From contig CAWHKX010000004.1 of NCBI GenBank assembly GCA_963830035.1, forward strand, positions 412,860-476,859: DNA of 64,000 nt, in the 5' to 3' direction. The notes under the pieces were generated by a model. The model was not told where the DNA came from, made no database searches, and saw nothing but the letters and a program-made list of their open reading frames with translations. The stretch comes from an uncultured Actinomycetes bacterium (GTDB taxonomy: Bacteria > Actinomycetota > Thermoleophilia > Gaiellales > Gaiellaceae). Every line of letters begins with the position of its first letter. Positions within the stretch are counted from its first letter, which is position 1. Position numbers and translations under genes: made by a program. Below, piece after piece: positions 1 through 9,810 of the stretch.

Positions 1-570
1 CCCGCCGAGGCGCGGCGGCTGCTCGAGCAGGCGGGCTGCCGACGGGGCGCCGACGGCATCTACTCTGCGCCGGGGAGCGGCTCCGCTTCGCTTCGTGACG
101 ACGTCGCTGCCGGCGGGTTTCGGCCGCGGGTGACTCGAGCTCGCCCAGGCGCAGCTCCGGCAGGTCGGGTATCGAGGTCGTGCCGATCTACGCCCCGCCA
201 CCGGCGTTCTTCGGTCAGATCCTCGCGAGCGGCGACTTCGACGTCGCGCTCTTCGCGTGGATCTCCGTGCTGAACGCGGCGGCTGCCAAGTCGCATCTTC
301 GGCTGCGCAGCGACTCAGAACTACACGGGCTACTGCCAGCGGCTGGTCACGCGCGACCTCGAGCAGGCCGAGCGGATCCTCGACGCCGACCAGCAGGCGC
401 GGGTCCTGAACAGAGCCGACGTCAGATGGCGAAGGCCGTGCCGGTGATCCCGCTCTTTCAGCGGCGCAGTCCGTCTGCGCTCCGATCGACGGTACGGAAC
501 TCGGCTTGTCCCGCGACTCGCACGTCCAGCGTCACTCTGGAACGCGGAGGACTGGTGGCTCGAGCGCTAG
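1..570 (+). pseudogene. 3' part of an ABC-transporter substrate-binding protein gene (family 5, peptide/nickel type), multiply frameshifted; 5' end outside window
   Basis: Family-typical peptides lie in different + frames: PAEARRLLEQAGC..ADGIY (frame 1), GIEVVPIYAPPPAFFGQILASGDFDVALFAWIS (ORF 180..), AKAVPVIPLFQ, and the typical ending WNAEDWWLER-TAG at 568-570. No single frame is open throughout. Confidence 0.5.
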
Positions 571-2451
571 CCTGAGCCGCCGCGGGCGCGCTCCGCGTAC
601 TCGAACGCCTTCGGCAGATTCCCTGCCTGCGCGTGGTAGTGAGCGAGCCGCTCGGCGTGGTCGTCGAGCGAGTCGGCATAGAGGGACTCGAAAACCGACG
701 CCACGCGCGCGTAGAGCTCGCGCTTTCGCGTCGGCGTGACCGTCGAGAGCGCGGCGTCGTGCAGCAGGCCATGGGTGAACGAGCACTCGAAGACGGGATA
801 CCTGCGAACCTCGCGCACGATCTCGGCGCGGAGGAGCGCGGTGAGAGCTCTCGCCGATGTCGTCTCCGGCGATCTCCTCGAGCGCGGCGACCGGGAACGT
901 GCGGCCGATCGCAGCCGCGACCGGAGCGAGCTGTCGAGCTGCCGGGGACAGGCGGTCGATCCGGGCGACGAGGAGATTCTCGAGCGCGGGCGGGAGGAGA
1001 TCCGCGCGCACGGTGATCGTCCACGTCCTCCCGCGCGGCTCCAGGCCTCCCTCGAGCAGGGCCCGCGAGAGCTCCTCGAGATAGAGGGGGTTCCCCTCCG
1101 CCTCCCGCACGAGTCCCATCCGCGTGACGGCGTCGACCTCGCCCTCGAGGATTCCCGTCAGCATCTGCTCGGCTGCGTCGTCCGGCAGGGGGCCGAGGGC
1201 GATCTGGGTGGTTCGGTGGCCGTGGTCGCCGAGGGCACGCAGGCGAAGCGCCGCGCCCTCCGAGCCGGGGGCGAGCTCCTCGGTGAGCACCAGTGCGACC
1301 GGCGCACGCTCGGCGAGGTCGAGAACCGCCTCGGCAAGCTCCCGCGTGGCGGTGTCCGCCCAGTGCACGTCCTCGAGCGCGACGACGACCGGCTGCTGCC
1401 GCGCAAGCGCTTCCAGCCAGCGGATGTACGCCTCCCGGATCCGCTCGGCGCTTCCTGCGTCCTCCGTCGCTGTCGACTCGAAGGCGCAGGAGCCGGCCGA
1501 GGCTGGGAAGCACGTCGTCGAGCTCGGTGCCGAAGAGCGCACCGAGCTTCGCCCGAGCCTTCGTCCGAACAGCGATCTCTGCCTCGCCGACTTCGGCGCC
1601 GAGCCAGCCGAGCAGCGCTTCCACGAACGGCCAGGCGGCGAGGCCGCCGTACGAGAGACAGTGGCCTTCGAGCCACGCGACCCGGTCTTCGGCGAGCCCG
1701 CGGAGCTCGTTGAGCAGGCGCGTCTTGCCCATTCCCGGGGCACCGACGAGCAGCACGACCCGGCCGCGGCCCGCGACGAGCTCCCCGAGCGCACCCATGA
1801 GCTGGGCCATCTCCCCGTCGCGCCCGACGACCGGCGTCGCTCCGGCAACGGGCTCTCGCGCCTTGGGGCCGACGAGCCGGGAGACCGAGACCGGCGCCGC
1901 ACGGCCCTTCACCTCGAACTCGCCGAGCGGGCTCGAAGACGAAGCGATCGCCGAGGCGACGGGCGGTCGCCTCTCCGACGACGATCGTGCCCGGCTCGGC
2001 GAGGGACTGGATTCGTGCCGCGACGTTGGTCGCATCTCCGAGAGCGACGGCTCCAGGCTCTGCCGCACCGACGAGCCCGACTGCGGCCTGCCCGCTGTTG
2101 ATCGCCGACTCTGACGGCGAAGACGTGCGAGCCCCCAGGCGGCTTCGACGTCGCGCGCGTACTCGGCGACGACCTCGAGGATGCGCAGGCCGGCCCGGGC
2201 CGCGCGCTCGGGATCGTCGTCGTGGGCGGCCGGCACGCCGAAGTACGCGCAGATCCCGTCTCCCTCGTAGGCCTGCACCATGCCGCCGTACTCCTCGACG
2301 GCGCGGCTCATCATCGTCACGCACTCGCCGACGAGCGCCTTCACCTCGTCGAGCTGCAAGCCGCTCGCCCGAGCGCGGTCGAGCCGACGATGTCCGCGAA
2401 GAGGATGGTGACGGGACGGACCTCGTCTCCGGACATCGGCGCGTCGGTCAT
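567..2451 (-). pseudogene. Class III adenylate/guanylate cyclase fused to AAA/NTPase and helical-repeat domains; broken by at least 4 frameshifts
   Basis: One protein is spread over three minus frames. N-terminus MTDAPMSGDEVRPVTILFADIVGSTALG (ATG 2451). Cyclase core EYGGMVQAYEGDGICAYFGVPAAHDDDPERA and INSGQAAVGLVG..GDATNVAARIQSLAEPG. Walker A LLVGAPGMGKTRL. Walker B VVALEDVHWAD. GNPLYLEEL. C-terminus ..HYHAQAGNLPKAFEYAERA ends at 567. Confidence 0.75.
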
Positions 2452-2514
2452 GAGCGGAAGTATCGCGAGGCGACGTTGCGAATGTCACGTCTCGTGGTCG
2501 AGACTTGGAGCGCC

Positions 2515-3178
2515 ATGGAGTGGCCGCTGCTCGCCGACCTGCCCGCCGAGGACGTGCGTGAGCTGCTCGCGATCGCGCGCCGGCGGACGTTCGACAAGGG
2601 CGAGGTCGTCTTCCATCGGGACGACCCGGCCGAGTCGCTGCACCTGATCGTCCGCGGCCGCTTCGCGGCGCGCGTCGCGTCGCAGGTCGGAGACAGCGTC
2701 CTGCTCGACGTGCTCGGGCCGGGACAGGCGTTCGGGGAGCTCGCGCTGCTTCTTCCGGGCGAGCGTCGCTCCGCGACGGTGTCGGCGCTCGAGGAGCGGA
2801 GAGACGCGCTCGGTCTTCCGCGACGACTTCGCGCGCCTGCAACGAAGCCATCCGGGCGTGAAGGACGTGCTCCTGCGCTTGCTCGCCGAGCAAGTTCGCC
2901 GGACGAGCGACCGGATCGTCGAGGCGCACCATGTCGACGCGGACACGCGCGTGCGCCGGCGGCTCTGCGAGCTCGCCGAGACGTACGGCGGTGGCGATGC
3001 CGAGCCGGTCGTCCCGCTGACCCAGGAGGATCTCGCCGCGATCGCCGGGACCTCGCGGGCGACCGTGAACCGGGTTCTGCGGGAGGAGGAGAAGCGTGGA
3101 CTCGTCGCGCTCGAGCGCGGACGTGTGACGCTGCGTGACATCGAGGCGCTCGCCGGCCGTTGTCGCTGGCCGGGCTAG
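2515..3178 (+). pseudogene. Crp/Fnr-family transcriptional regulator with one frameshift near 2795
   Basis: MEWPLLADLPAEDVRELLAIARRRTFDKGEVVFH..FGELALL..RRSATVSALEE in one frame, then ..FRDDFARLQRSHPGVKDVLLRLL..LTQEDLAAIAGTSRATVNRVLREEEKRGLV (HTH) in ORF 2858..3178. Divergent from the cyclase pseudogene. Confidence 0.7.
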
Positions 3179-4626
3179 CGCGAAAGATCGTCGAGCAACG
3201 CGCCGAGCAGACGGTAGAAGCGCTGCGTGGCCGGGATGCTGAGCCGCTCCCCGGGTGCGTGCGGGCCGACGATCTCGGGGCCGAGCGAGATCATCTCGAC
3301 ACCGGGGAGCTTGCCTCCGATCACGGCACATTCGAGGCCGCCGTGAACCACTTCGAGCGCCGGCGCTACGCCGAACAGACGCTCGAAGGTCGCTCGCGCG
3401 CGCTCGAGCAGCGTGGAATCGAGGTCGGGTCGCCAGGGTGGATACGACCTGAGAATCTCGACATCTGCTCCTGCGAGTCGCGCGGCGGCCTCGATTCCGG
3501 CGACCACCTCCTCGAGCCCGGGCGCATTGGCGCTCCGTGTCATCGAGGCGAGCGTGAGCACGCCGTCCTCGGTGCTAGCAACGTTGAGGCTCGTGCTCGT
3601 CTCGACCGTGCCTACGAGATTCGGGTTCATGGCGACGACGCCGCTCGGAGTCGTCGTGAGCAGGTCGAGCACGCGGGAGGTCGTGGATTCGCCGGCCGTG
3701 GTGGCTGCTCTCGAGTCCGTCACCGCAACTGACAGCGCATCGTCGGAGCCGGCGTACTGCTCGCGAACCGAGTGGAGCTCTTGCTCCACGGCGTCGCGAA
3801 ACGCCACGTCCTCTCCGCTCGGGAGTGTGATCACGGCGCGCGCTTCGCGGGGGAGGGCGTTGCGACTCACGCCGCCCTCGAGGAGCGCGAGGCGGAACGG
3901 TGCCGCGCGGAACCCCGCGCCGAGAGCACGACCGAGCGCCTTGATCGCGTTGGCCCGCCCGCGGGCGATGTCTCCGCCCGAGTGACCGCCTCGCGCGCCG
4001 GACACGACGACCTCCCGTACGGCGTGATCCGCCGGGACCGCCTCGAGGTCGAGCCGGAGCCGCGTGAAGGTGTGCCAGCTGCCCGCGCAGCCGATGGTGA
4101 TCGCCTGGTCGCTCGTCCCGTCCAGATTGAGAAGCAGTCGCCCGGAGACGAGCGAGGGGTCGAGGTTCTTGGCGCCGTCGAGACCTTGCTCCTCCGAGAC
4201 AGTGAAGAGCAGCTCGAGCGGGCCGTGGGCGATCTGGCGGTCCTCGGCGGCCGCCATCGCAGCCGCGACACCGATCCCGTTGTCCGCACCGAGCGTCGTT
4301 CCTTCGGCAGCGACCCAGTCTCCGTCGAGGACGAGGTGGATCCTTCCCGCCCGAGGGTCGTACGGGCTGTCAGGATCGCGCTCGCACACCATGTCCAGGT
4401 GCGCCTGGACCACAACCGTCGGCGCGGCGTCACGTCCAGCGGAGGCGGGCACTCGCACCACGACGTTGCCCTCCTCGTCGACAGCTGCCTCGTAGCCGCG
4501 CTCGCGCGCCCAGTCGAGCACGTGCTCCCGAGCTGCGGCCTCTTCCTTCGGCGGACGCGCGATCCGTGTCAGCTCTGCGAAGCGCATCCAGACTCCGACC
4601 GGCTCGAGACCCTCGAGGACGCTCAT
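3175..4626 (-). CDS. pepD: Xaa-His (aminoacyl-histidine) dipeptidase, peptidase M20C
   Basis: Intact 484-aa reading from MSVLEGLEP (ATG 4626) within ORF 3175..4857. Motifs QAHLDMVCE, GADNGIGVAA, SEEQGLDGA, GGLECAVIG. Confidence 0.9.
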   Translation of the reverse strand: MSVLEGLEPVGVWMRFAELTRIARPPKEEAAAREHVLDWARERGYEAAVDEEGNVVVRVPASAGRDAAPTVVVQAHLDMVCERDPDSPYDPRAGRIHLVLDGDWVAAEGTTLGADNGIGVAAAMAAAEDRQIAHGPLELLFTVSEEQGLDGAKNLDPSLVSGRLLLNLDGTSDQAITIGCAGSWHTFTRLRLDLEAVPADHAVREVVVSGARGGHSGGDIARGRANAIKALGRALGAGFRAAPFRLALLEGGVSRNALPREARAVITLPSGEDVAFRDAVEQELHSVREQYAGSDDALSVAVTDSRAATTAGESTTSRVLDLLTTTPSGVVAMNPNLVGTVETSTSLNVASTEDGVLTLASMTRSANAPGLEEVVAGIEAAARLAGADVEILRSYPPWRPDLDSTLLERARATFERLFGVAPALEVVHGGLECAVIGGKLPGVEMISLGPEIVGPHAPGERLSIPATQRFYRLLGALLDDLSR

Positions 4627-5099
4627 CTCCGCAGGGACAACGCTGCGCCGACGAACAAGAGGGCGAGACCCGCGAGTCGTGGCCAGCTGATCGCAATGCG
4701 CTCGACGCCGAACCAGCCGTTGCGATCGATCACGGTAGCGAGCGTGAACTGCGCGGCGATCAGCACCGCGGTCGTCGCGACGATGCCGATGCGCGGCCCG
4801 GCGACCGTGATCGCGAGGATGATCAACGCGCTCATGACCCCGCCCAGCAGCATCCACTTCGGAGCGCCGAACGCGTCGCCGACTCCTCCGAGAGAACGTC
4901 GCACGACCAGCAGCACGGTGAGCGCTACGAGAGCTCCTATGAGCGAGGCTGTCGCGACCGCCTCGACGCTCCCGACACGGTCGCCGAGCCTGCCCTGGAC
5001 GGCGATCTGCACCGCTCCGCCGAAGCCCGCGACGACCGCGAGCAGGGCGGCGACTCCGGTCGAGCTCACCGTGCGGACGCTATACGCTCCCCGCGTCAT
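4623..5099 (-). CDS. DMT-superfamily small membrane transporter (YdcZ/DUF606-like)
   Basis: 158 aa from MTRGAYSV.. within ORF 4623..5240. Five hydrophobic helices. ATGA stop/start overlap with pepD. Confidence 0.7.
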   Translation of the reverse strand: MTRGAYSVRTVSSTGVAALLAVVAGFGGAVQIAVQGRLGDRVGSVEAVATASLIGALVALTVLLVVRRSLGGVGDAFGAPKWMLLGGVMSALIILAITVAGPRIGIVATTAVLIAAQFTLATVIDRNGWFGVERIAISWPRLAGLALLFVGAALSLRR

Positions 5100-5116
5100 C
5101 GGATGAAGGGAGCGGC

Positions 5117-5398
5117 ATGGTCCGCGCGATCGTCCAGTACGAGTCCGAGCCGGATCCCGTCCGGTATCAGCAGCACCTCGACGAGTTCGTCCCGCCGGTC
5201 GAATGCTCGGCGTTCCGGCACGGGAAGATCTTCGGCTCACCGTTCGGCGAGCCGTCGTACCGCTACTACGCCGAGTTCGAGTGGGACGACATGGAGTCGT
5301 TCAAGTCCGCGGTGAGCTCCGAGGCGTTCGCCGCTTCAGGTAAGGACGCGATGGCCATGGGAATCCCGTTCGTCGTGCACTTCGCGTCGATCGAGTGA
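5117..5398 (+). CDS. EthD-family / dimeric alpha-beta-barrel small protein
   Basis: 93-aa ORF with normal composition. GTGA overlap with the next gene. Confidence 0.55.
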   Translation: MVRAIVQYESEPDPVRYQQHLDEFVPPVECSAFRHGKIFGSPFGEPSYRYYAEFEWDDMESFKSAVSSEAFAASGKDAMAMGIPFVVHFASIE

Positions 5399-6210
5399 CC
5401 GAGCCGACGCATCCGCGGCCGCGCGATCCGGCGGAGCTCGGCCTCGAGACGATCGTCTACGAGAAAGCGCCGCCGCGTGCCACCGTCCGGCTCAACCGAC
5501 CGGACGTCCTCAACGCCTTCGATTTCCAGATGCTGCGCGAGATCGGGCGGGCGTGCGAGGACGCGTCGTGGGACGACGACATCCGTGCGGTCGTCGTCAC
5601 GGGCACCGGCCGCGCGTTCTGCGTCGGTGCCGATCTGCGCTCCTGGGGCGAGGATCTGCTCGGAAACTCCAGGGAGTACTGGAAGTGGTTCGGAGCCTTC
5701 AAGGACATGCACGACCGGCTGCGCGAGATCGGCAAGCCGACGATCGCGCGCATCAACGGGATCGCGGTCGGCGGCGGCAACGAGCTGCAGATGGCGTGCG
5801 ATCTCTCGGTCATGGTCGACACCGCCTTCATCCGGCACGTCGGCCTCCAGCACGGATCGGTGCCGGCGGGGGGCGCCACGCAATGGCTCCAGCTGATGGT
5901 CGGCGACCGGCGGGCGCGCGAGATCGTCTTCCTCTGCGACGAGATCCCCGCGGCGCAGGCGGAGGAGTGGGGGCTCGTGAACAAGGTCGTACCGGAGTCC
6001 GAGCTCGACGCTGCCGTGGACGAGTGGGTCGAGAAGCTCGCCGCGAAGCTCCCCCAGACCACGCGCTACGCGAAGCAGCAGCTGAACGTCTGGCGCGACC
6101 TCGCCTGGCACCAGACCGTCGGCCACGCGCGCGACTGGCTCGCGATGTCGATGCTGGGCGACGAGGCGCAGGACGCCGTGCGCGCGTTCCTGGACCGCGA
6201 GAAGACGTGA
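5395..6210 (+). CDS. Enoyl-CoA hydratase/isomerase (crotonase) family protein
   Basis: 271 aa. RLNRPDVLNAFD, VVVTGTGRAFCVGADL, INGIAVGGGNELQMACD. Confidence 0.9.
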   Translation: MTEPTHPRPRDPAELGLETIVYEKAPPRATVRLNRPDVLNAFDFQMLREIGRACEDASWDDDIRAVVVTGTGRAFCVGADLRSWGEDLLGNSREYWKWFGAFKDMHDRLREIGKPTIARINGIAVGGGNELQMACDLSVMVDTAFIRHVGLQHGSVPAGGATQWLQLMVGDRRAREIVFLCDEIPAAQAEEWGLVNKVVPESELDAAVDEWVEKLAAKLPQTTRYAKQQLNVWRDLAWHQTVGHARDWLAMSMLGDEAQDAVRAFLDREKT

Positions 6211-6263
6211 ATCGCGACGCCCTGCTGCGCGCCAATTCCTGACCAAGCATCTAGGCTGCCGTC

Positions 6264-7034
6264 GTGTCCGAAGTGCTCACCGACCGGGCGGGCGCAGTGC
6301 TCACGATCACGCTCAACCGGCCGGAGGTCTTCAACGCCTTCAACCGCGCGCTCCACGCCGCGCTCCGAGAGGCGCTCGCCGAAGCAGCCGACCCGGAGGT
6401 GCGCGCCGTCGTCATCACGGGTGCCGGTCGGGGGTTCTGCTCCGGCCAGGATCTGAAGGAGTTCTCCGAGCTTCCCGGCGGCATCCGCGATGCGCTCGAG
6501 GGGACGTATCACCCGAATATCCGCGCGATCCGGGCGCTCGAGAAGCCCGTGCTCGCCGCGATCAACGGTCCCGTTGCCGGCGCCGGGCTCTCGCTCGCCT
6601 GCGCCTGCGACGTACGGATCGCCTCCGCGCACGCGACGTTCGTGCCCGGGTTCATCGGGATCGGCCTGATTCCCGACGCCGGCGGCTCCTGGTTCATCCA
6701 TCGGCTGCTCGGCTTCGCGCGCGCGTTCGAGTGGATGGTCTCGAACCGGCGACTGGACGCCGATCAGGCGCTCGCGTTGGGCCTGGTCTCCGAGGTGGCC
6801 GCGGCGGAGGACTTCTCGCCTCGGGTCGAGGAGCTCGCGGCCTGGTACGCGGCGCTCCCGACGCGCGGAGTCGCGATGACGAAGCAGCTCTTCGAGCACG
6901 CGTACACGGCGACGCTCGAGGAGCAGCTCGAGCTGGAGGCTGAGTTGCAGCAGGCCGCAACCGGGACGGAGGACTTCGCCGAGGGCGTGCAGGCGTTCCT
7001 GGGCAAGCGCCCGGCCGCGTTCCGCGGGCGCTAG
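6264..7034 (+). CDS. Enoyl-CoA hydratase/isomerase family protein (PaaG-like)
   Basis: 256 aa. TLNRPEVFNAFN, VVITGAGRGFCSGQDL, INGPVAGAGLSLACACD, EGVQAFLGKRPAAF. Confidence 0.9.
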   Translation: MSEVLTDRAGAVLTITLNRPEVFNAFNRALHAALREALAEAADPEVRAVVITGAGRGFCSGQDLKEFSELPGGIRDALEGTYHPNIRAIRALEKPVLAAINGPVAGAGLSLACACDVRIASAHATFVPGFIGIGLIPDAGGSWFIHRLLGFARAFEWMVSNRRLDADQALALGLVSEVAAAEDFSPRVEELAAWYAALPTRGVAMTKQLFEHAYTATLEEQLELEAELQQAATGTEDFAEGVQAFLGKRPAAFRGR

Positions 7035-7036
7035 AG

Positions 7037-8002
7037 GTGCGGATCGAAGCCGTCGACTACCACACGGGCGGGGAGCCGTTTCGCATCGTCACCGGCGGGG
7101 TCGAGGCGCCGCGCGGAGCGACCATCCTGGACAAGCGCCGCGACGCTCGCGCGCGTCTCGACCACATCCGGCGCCTGCTGGTCTTCGAACCTCGAGGCCA
7201 CGCGGACATGTACGGCTGCTTCGTCGTCGAGCCGAACGACGAAGAGGCGGATCTCGGCGTCGTGTTCTTCCACAACGAGGGCTACTCGACTGCGTGCGGG
7301 CACGGCACGATCGCGCTCGTCACCTGGGCGCTCGACGAGGGAATCGTCGAGCGACGCGAGGGTGAGAACCACCTCGTCGTGGACGTACCGTCCGGGCGCC
7401 TGCAAACCTGGGCCCAGGTGGAGGACGGCCGCGTACGCTCCGTGCGCTTCCGAAACGTCCCGGCGTTCGTGTGGGCCGAAGGAGTGGAGGCGGGTGACCA
7501 CACCGTGGATATCGCCTTCGGCGGCGCGTTCTACGCCTCGCTTGGGGAGACGGTGGAACCGGGTGAGCTGCCGCGACTCATCGCGCTCGGACGAGAGCTC
7601 AAGCACGCGCTCGAGGCCGCGCACGAGATCGTCCATCCGCTCGAGCCCGAGCTCCGCGACGTGTACGGCGTCACCTTCTGGCAGGAGGAGGTCGGTGACC
7701 CACTGACGCAGCGCAACGTGACGGTCTTCGCCGACGGCGAGGTCGACCGCTCGCCGTGCGGGAGCGGAACCACCGCCCGGCTCGCGCTGCTCGACCGGTC
7801 CGGAAGGCTGCCCCGTGGCGAGGAGCTACGGCATCTGAGCATCGTCGGCTCCGAGTTCAGTGGGCGGGTTGTCGGGGACGCCGACGTGGCCGGCACACCG
7901 GCAGTCGTGACCGAAGTGGAGGGCAGCGCCTACCGGACGGGAGAGCACGTCTTCACGCTGGACGAAGACGATCCGCTGGGCGAGGGGTTTCTCCTGCGCT
8001 GA
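7037..8002 (+). CDS. Proline racemase family enzyme (Cys/Cys type: proline racemase or 4-hydroxyproline 2-epimerase)
   Basis: 321 aa. DYHTGGEPFRIV, FEPRGHADMYG, first catalytic Cys in STACGHGTIA, second in DRSPCGSGTTA. Confidence 0.85.
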   Translation: MRIEAVDYHTGGEPFRIVTGGVEAPRGATILDKRRDARARLDHIRRLLVFEPRGHADMYGCFVVEPNDEEADLGVVFFHNEGYSTACGHGTIALVTWALDEGIVERREGENHLVVDVPSGRLQTWAQVEDGRVRSVRFRNVPAFVWAEGVEAGDHTVDIAFGGAFYASLGETVEPGELPRLIALGRELKHALEAAHEIVHPLEPELRDVYGVTFWQEEVGDPLTQRNVTVFADGEVDRSPCGSGTTARLALLDRSGRLPRGEELRHLSIVGSEFSGRVVGDADVAGTPAVVTEVEGSAYRTGEHVFTLDEDDPLGEGFLLR

Positions 8003-8010
8003 CCCGGTGA

Positions 8011-9567
8011 CTGCCACCGTGCGTTTCCGAGTCGGCGGCGCATGTTTTCGAGTCCGGTCGGGTAGACCAGAGCATCATCACGGCTAGCGAGGCTCTTCCC
8101 AAGCGATACACGTCGGCAACGCTCATCGCCCGTGGCGGGATGGGTGAGGTTTACCGCGCGGTCGACTCCGTGCTCGAGCGGAGGGTCGCCGTCAAGCTCC
8201 TTTCCGAGCGCCACGCTCGCGACGAGGACGCCCACGCGCGTTTTCGACGAGAGGCATTGTCGGCCGCACGGCTTTCCGGGGCGCCGTATGTGATCACGAT
8301 CTTCGACGTCGGCGAGCACGGCACGCAGCCCTACATCGTCATGGAGTACCTGGAAGGAGGTTCCGTCTTCGATCGGCTCCGTGAGGGCCGAGTCAGCCCC
8401 GGATTGGCGCTGGACTGGCTCGACCAGGCAGGGCAGGCGCTCGATCGCGCTCACGCCGAGGGCATCGTCCACCGCGACGTCAAGCCGGCAAACCTCCTCC
8501 TCGACCGCGACGGAACCATCGTCGTCTCGGACTTCGGCATCGCCTCGACGTCGGGATTCGACACCCTGACGCTTCCCGGCACCGTGCTCGGCACTGCCGG
8601 CTACCTCTCGCCTGAACAAGCTCGAGGAGAGGTCGCGACCGCGGCGAGCGACCGCTACGGGCTCGGCGTGGTCGCGTTCGAGCTCCTGACCGATCGGCGG
8701 CCGTTCGAGGGCGAAACCGCTGCGACCGAGGCATTCGCTCACGTCACCGCGCCCGTGCCGAGTGCCGAGCAGATCAAGCCGAGCCTCCCCGAGGGGGTAG
8801 ACGAGATCCTCGAACGAGCGCTCGCGAAGCACCCCGCCGATCGGCCCGCGACGTGCGCCGAGCTTGTCTCGGACCTGCGACGGACGTTCAGAGAGGCGGA
8901 GGCGACCACGCGCGTATTCAAAGCCGAACGTCCGACGTTTGCGATTCCGACACTGCCTCCACAACCCGTTCATCGGTCGAAGAGCCGGCGTACTCGGAGT
9001 TTCGTCGCAGGGGCTGTCGTTCTCGCTCTCGCGGGGCTTGGCCTGGCCGCGCTTCTGGGATCGACGCTCGACTCCGGTGAGCGCGCGCAATCCACGACTC
9101 GACCGCGTGCCTCGACGCTGACGGAGACGACGCCTCCGACGACGATCACGGAGACGACGACGGCGACTCAAACCACGCAGTCGACCGCGACGACCGAGAC
9201 CACTGAACCGACCACCACGACGCCTCCAACCACGCAGTCGACCGCGACGACGCCGGAGACGACGTCACCGCCGGTAGACGGGATAGCCCTCAACAACGAG
9301 GGCTTCGCCCTGATGCAGAACGGGGAGTACGCGGCCGCGCTGCCACTCCTCGAGCGGGCGGTTGCCGACCTCGCCGGCTCGGACTCGATCAGTGAGGCAT
9401 ACGCGAGCTACAACCTCGCGTTCACCCGTCGCACGCTTGGTCGATGCGACGGAGTCCTTGCCTTGCTCGCGCGGTCAGAGCAGGTTCAGGGAAAGCGCCG
9501 CGAGATCGACCGCCTCTACCGCCAGGCGTCCAGGGATTGCGGTGACGGTGACGAAAGCGACGACTGA
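8011..9567 (+). CDS. Ser/Thr protein kinase with one TM helix, a Thr/Pro-rich linker and a TPR-like extracytoplasmic tail
   Basis: ARGGMGEVYRA glycine loop, VAVKLL, HRDVKPANLL, DFGIA, GTAGYLSPEQ. The first ATG (8140) lies inside the glycine loop, so the start must be upstream. The frame opens at 8011 with CTG and has no ATG/GTG/TTG before 8140. Confidence 0.8.
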   Translation: MPPCVSESAAHVFESGRVDQSIITASEALPKRYTSATLIARGGMGEVYRAVDSVLERRVAVKLLSERHARDEDAHARFRREALSAARLSGAPYVITIFDVGEHGTQPYIVMEYLEGGSVFDRLREGRVSPGLALDWLDQAGQALDRAHAEGIVHRDVKPANLLLDRDGTIVVSDFGIASTSGFDTLTLPGTVLGTAGYLSPEQARGEVATAASDRYGLGVVAFELLTDRRPFEGETAATEAFAHVTAPVPSAEQIKPSLPEGVDEILERALAKHPADRPATCAELVSDLRRTFREAEATTRVFKAERPTFAIPTLPPQPVHRSKSRRTRSFVAGAVVLALAGLGLAALLGSTLDSGERAQSTTRPRASTLTETTPPTTITETTTATQTTQSTATTETTEPTTTTPPTTQSTATTPETTSPPVDGIALNNEGFALMQNGEYAAALPLLERAVADLAGSDSISEAYASYNLAFTRRTLGRCDGVLALLARSEQVQGKRREIDRLYRQASRDCGDGDESDD

Positions 9568-9568
9568 T

Positions 9569-9787
9569 CTACGACAACTGCGAGAGGATCTCGGCGTGCT
9601 CGGGGAAGCGACCTTCGGTCTGCTTCGAGAAGATCAGCTGTCCGTCCGTCAGAACGTCGAACTGTGATTTCTTACCGGGAGTGGCCGTGGCGGCGAGCCC
9701 GGTCTTCGACGTGATCTCGGTCGCGAGACTCGCGGCCCGTTTGTCGTAGCCGCTTCAGGTCGGGCAGTACAGGATCTCGACGCTCAT
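9569..9787 (-). CDS. SelW-like (Rdx family) selenoprotein; in-frame TGA (9755-9757) read as selenocysteine
   Basis: Hand translation gives MSVEILYCPT-U-SGYDKRAASLATEITSKTGLAATATPGKKSQFDVLTDGQLIFSKQTEGRFPEHAEILSQLS-TAG, 72 codons. It has the CxxU redox motif and the family-typical G..G.F.V..DG.LIFSK...GRFP. GC-rich stem-loops (GCGGC..GCCGC, CGCGA..TCGCG) start just after the TGA. Confidence 0.8.
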
Positions 9788-9810
9788 CCCTCGAGACTCT
9801 ACCGGTGACG

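Noticed and set aside
2483-2488. TGTCAC half-site 32 nt upstream of the first crp-like ATG
   Set aside because: The spacing is the same as at the second crp paralog, but no matching right half exists. Single hexamers of this composition are expected by chance many times in 64 kb.
458-3331. 957-aa minus-strand ORF, the longest in the track
   Set aside because: It is mostly Arg/Pro/Ala-rich off-frame read-through. Only two internal segments coincide with real cyclase/ATPase sequence, and the rest of that gene lies in other frames. I treated it as part of the frameshifted pseudogene 567..2451, not as a 957-aa protein.
9171-9251. 24-nt direct repeat AACCACGCAGTCGACCGCGACGAC, two copies 57 nt apart
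   Set aside because: It lies inside the Thr/Pro-rich linker of the kinase (TTQSTATT twice). This is ordinary low-complexity coding duplication, not a separate element.
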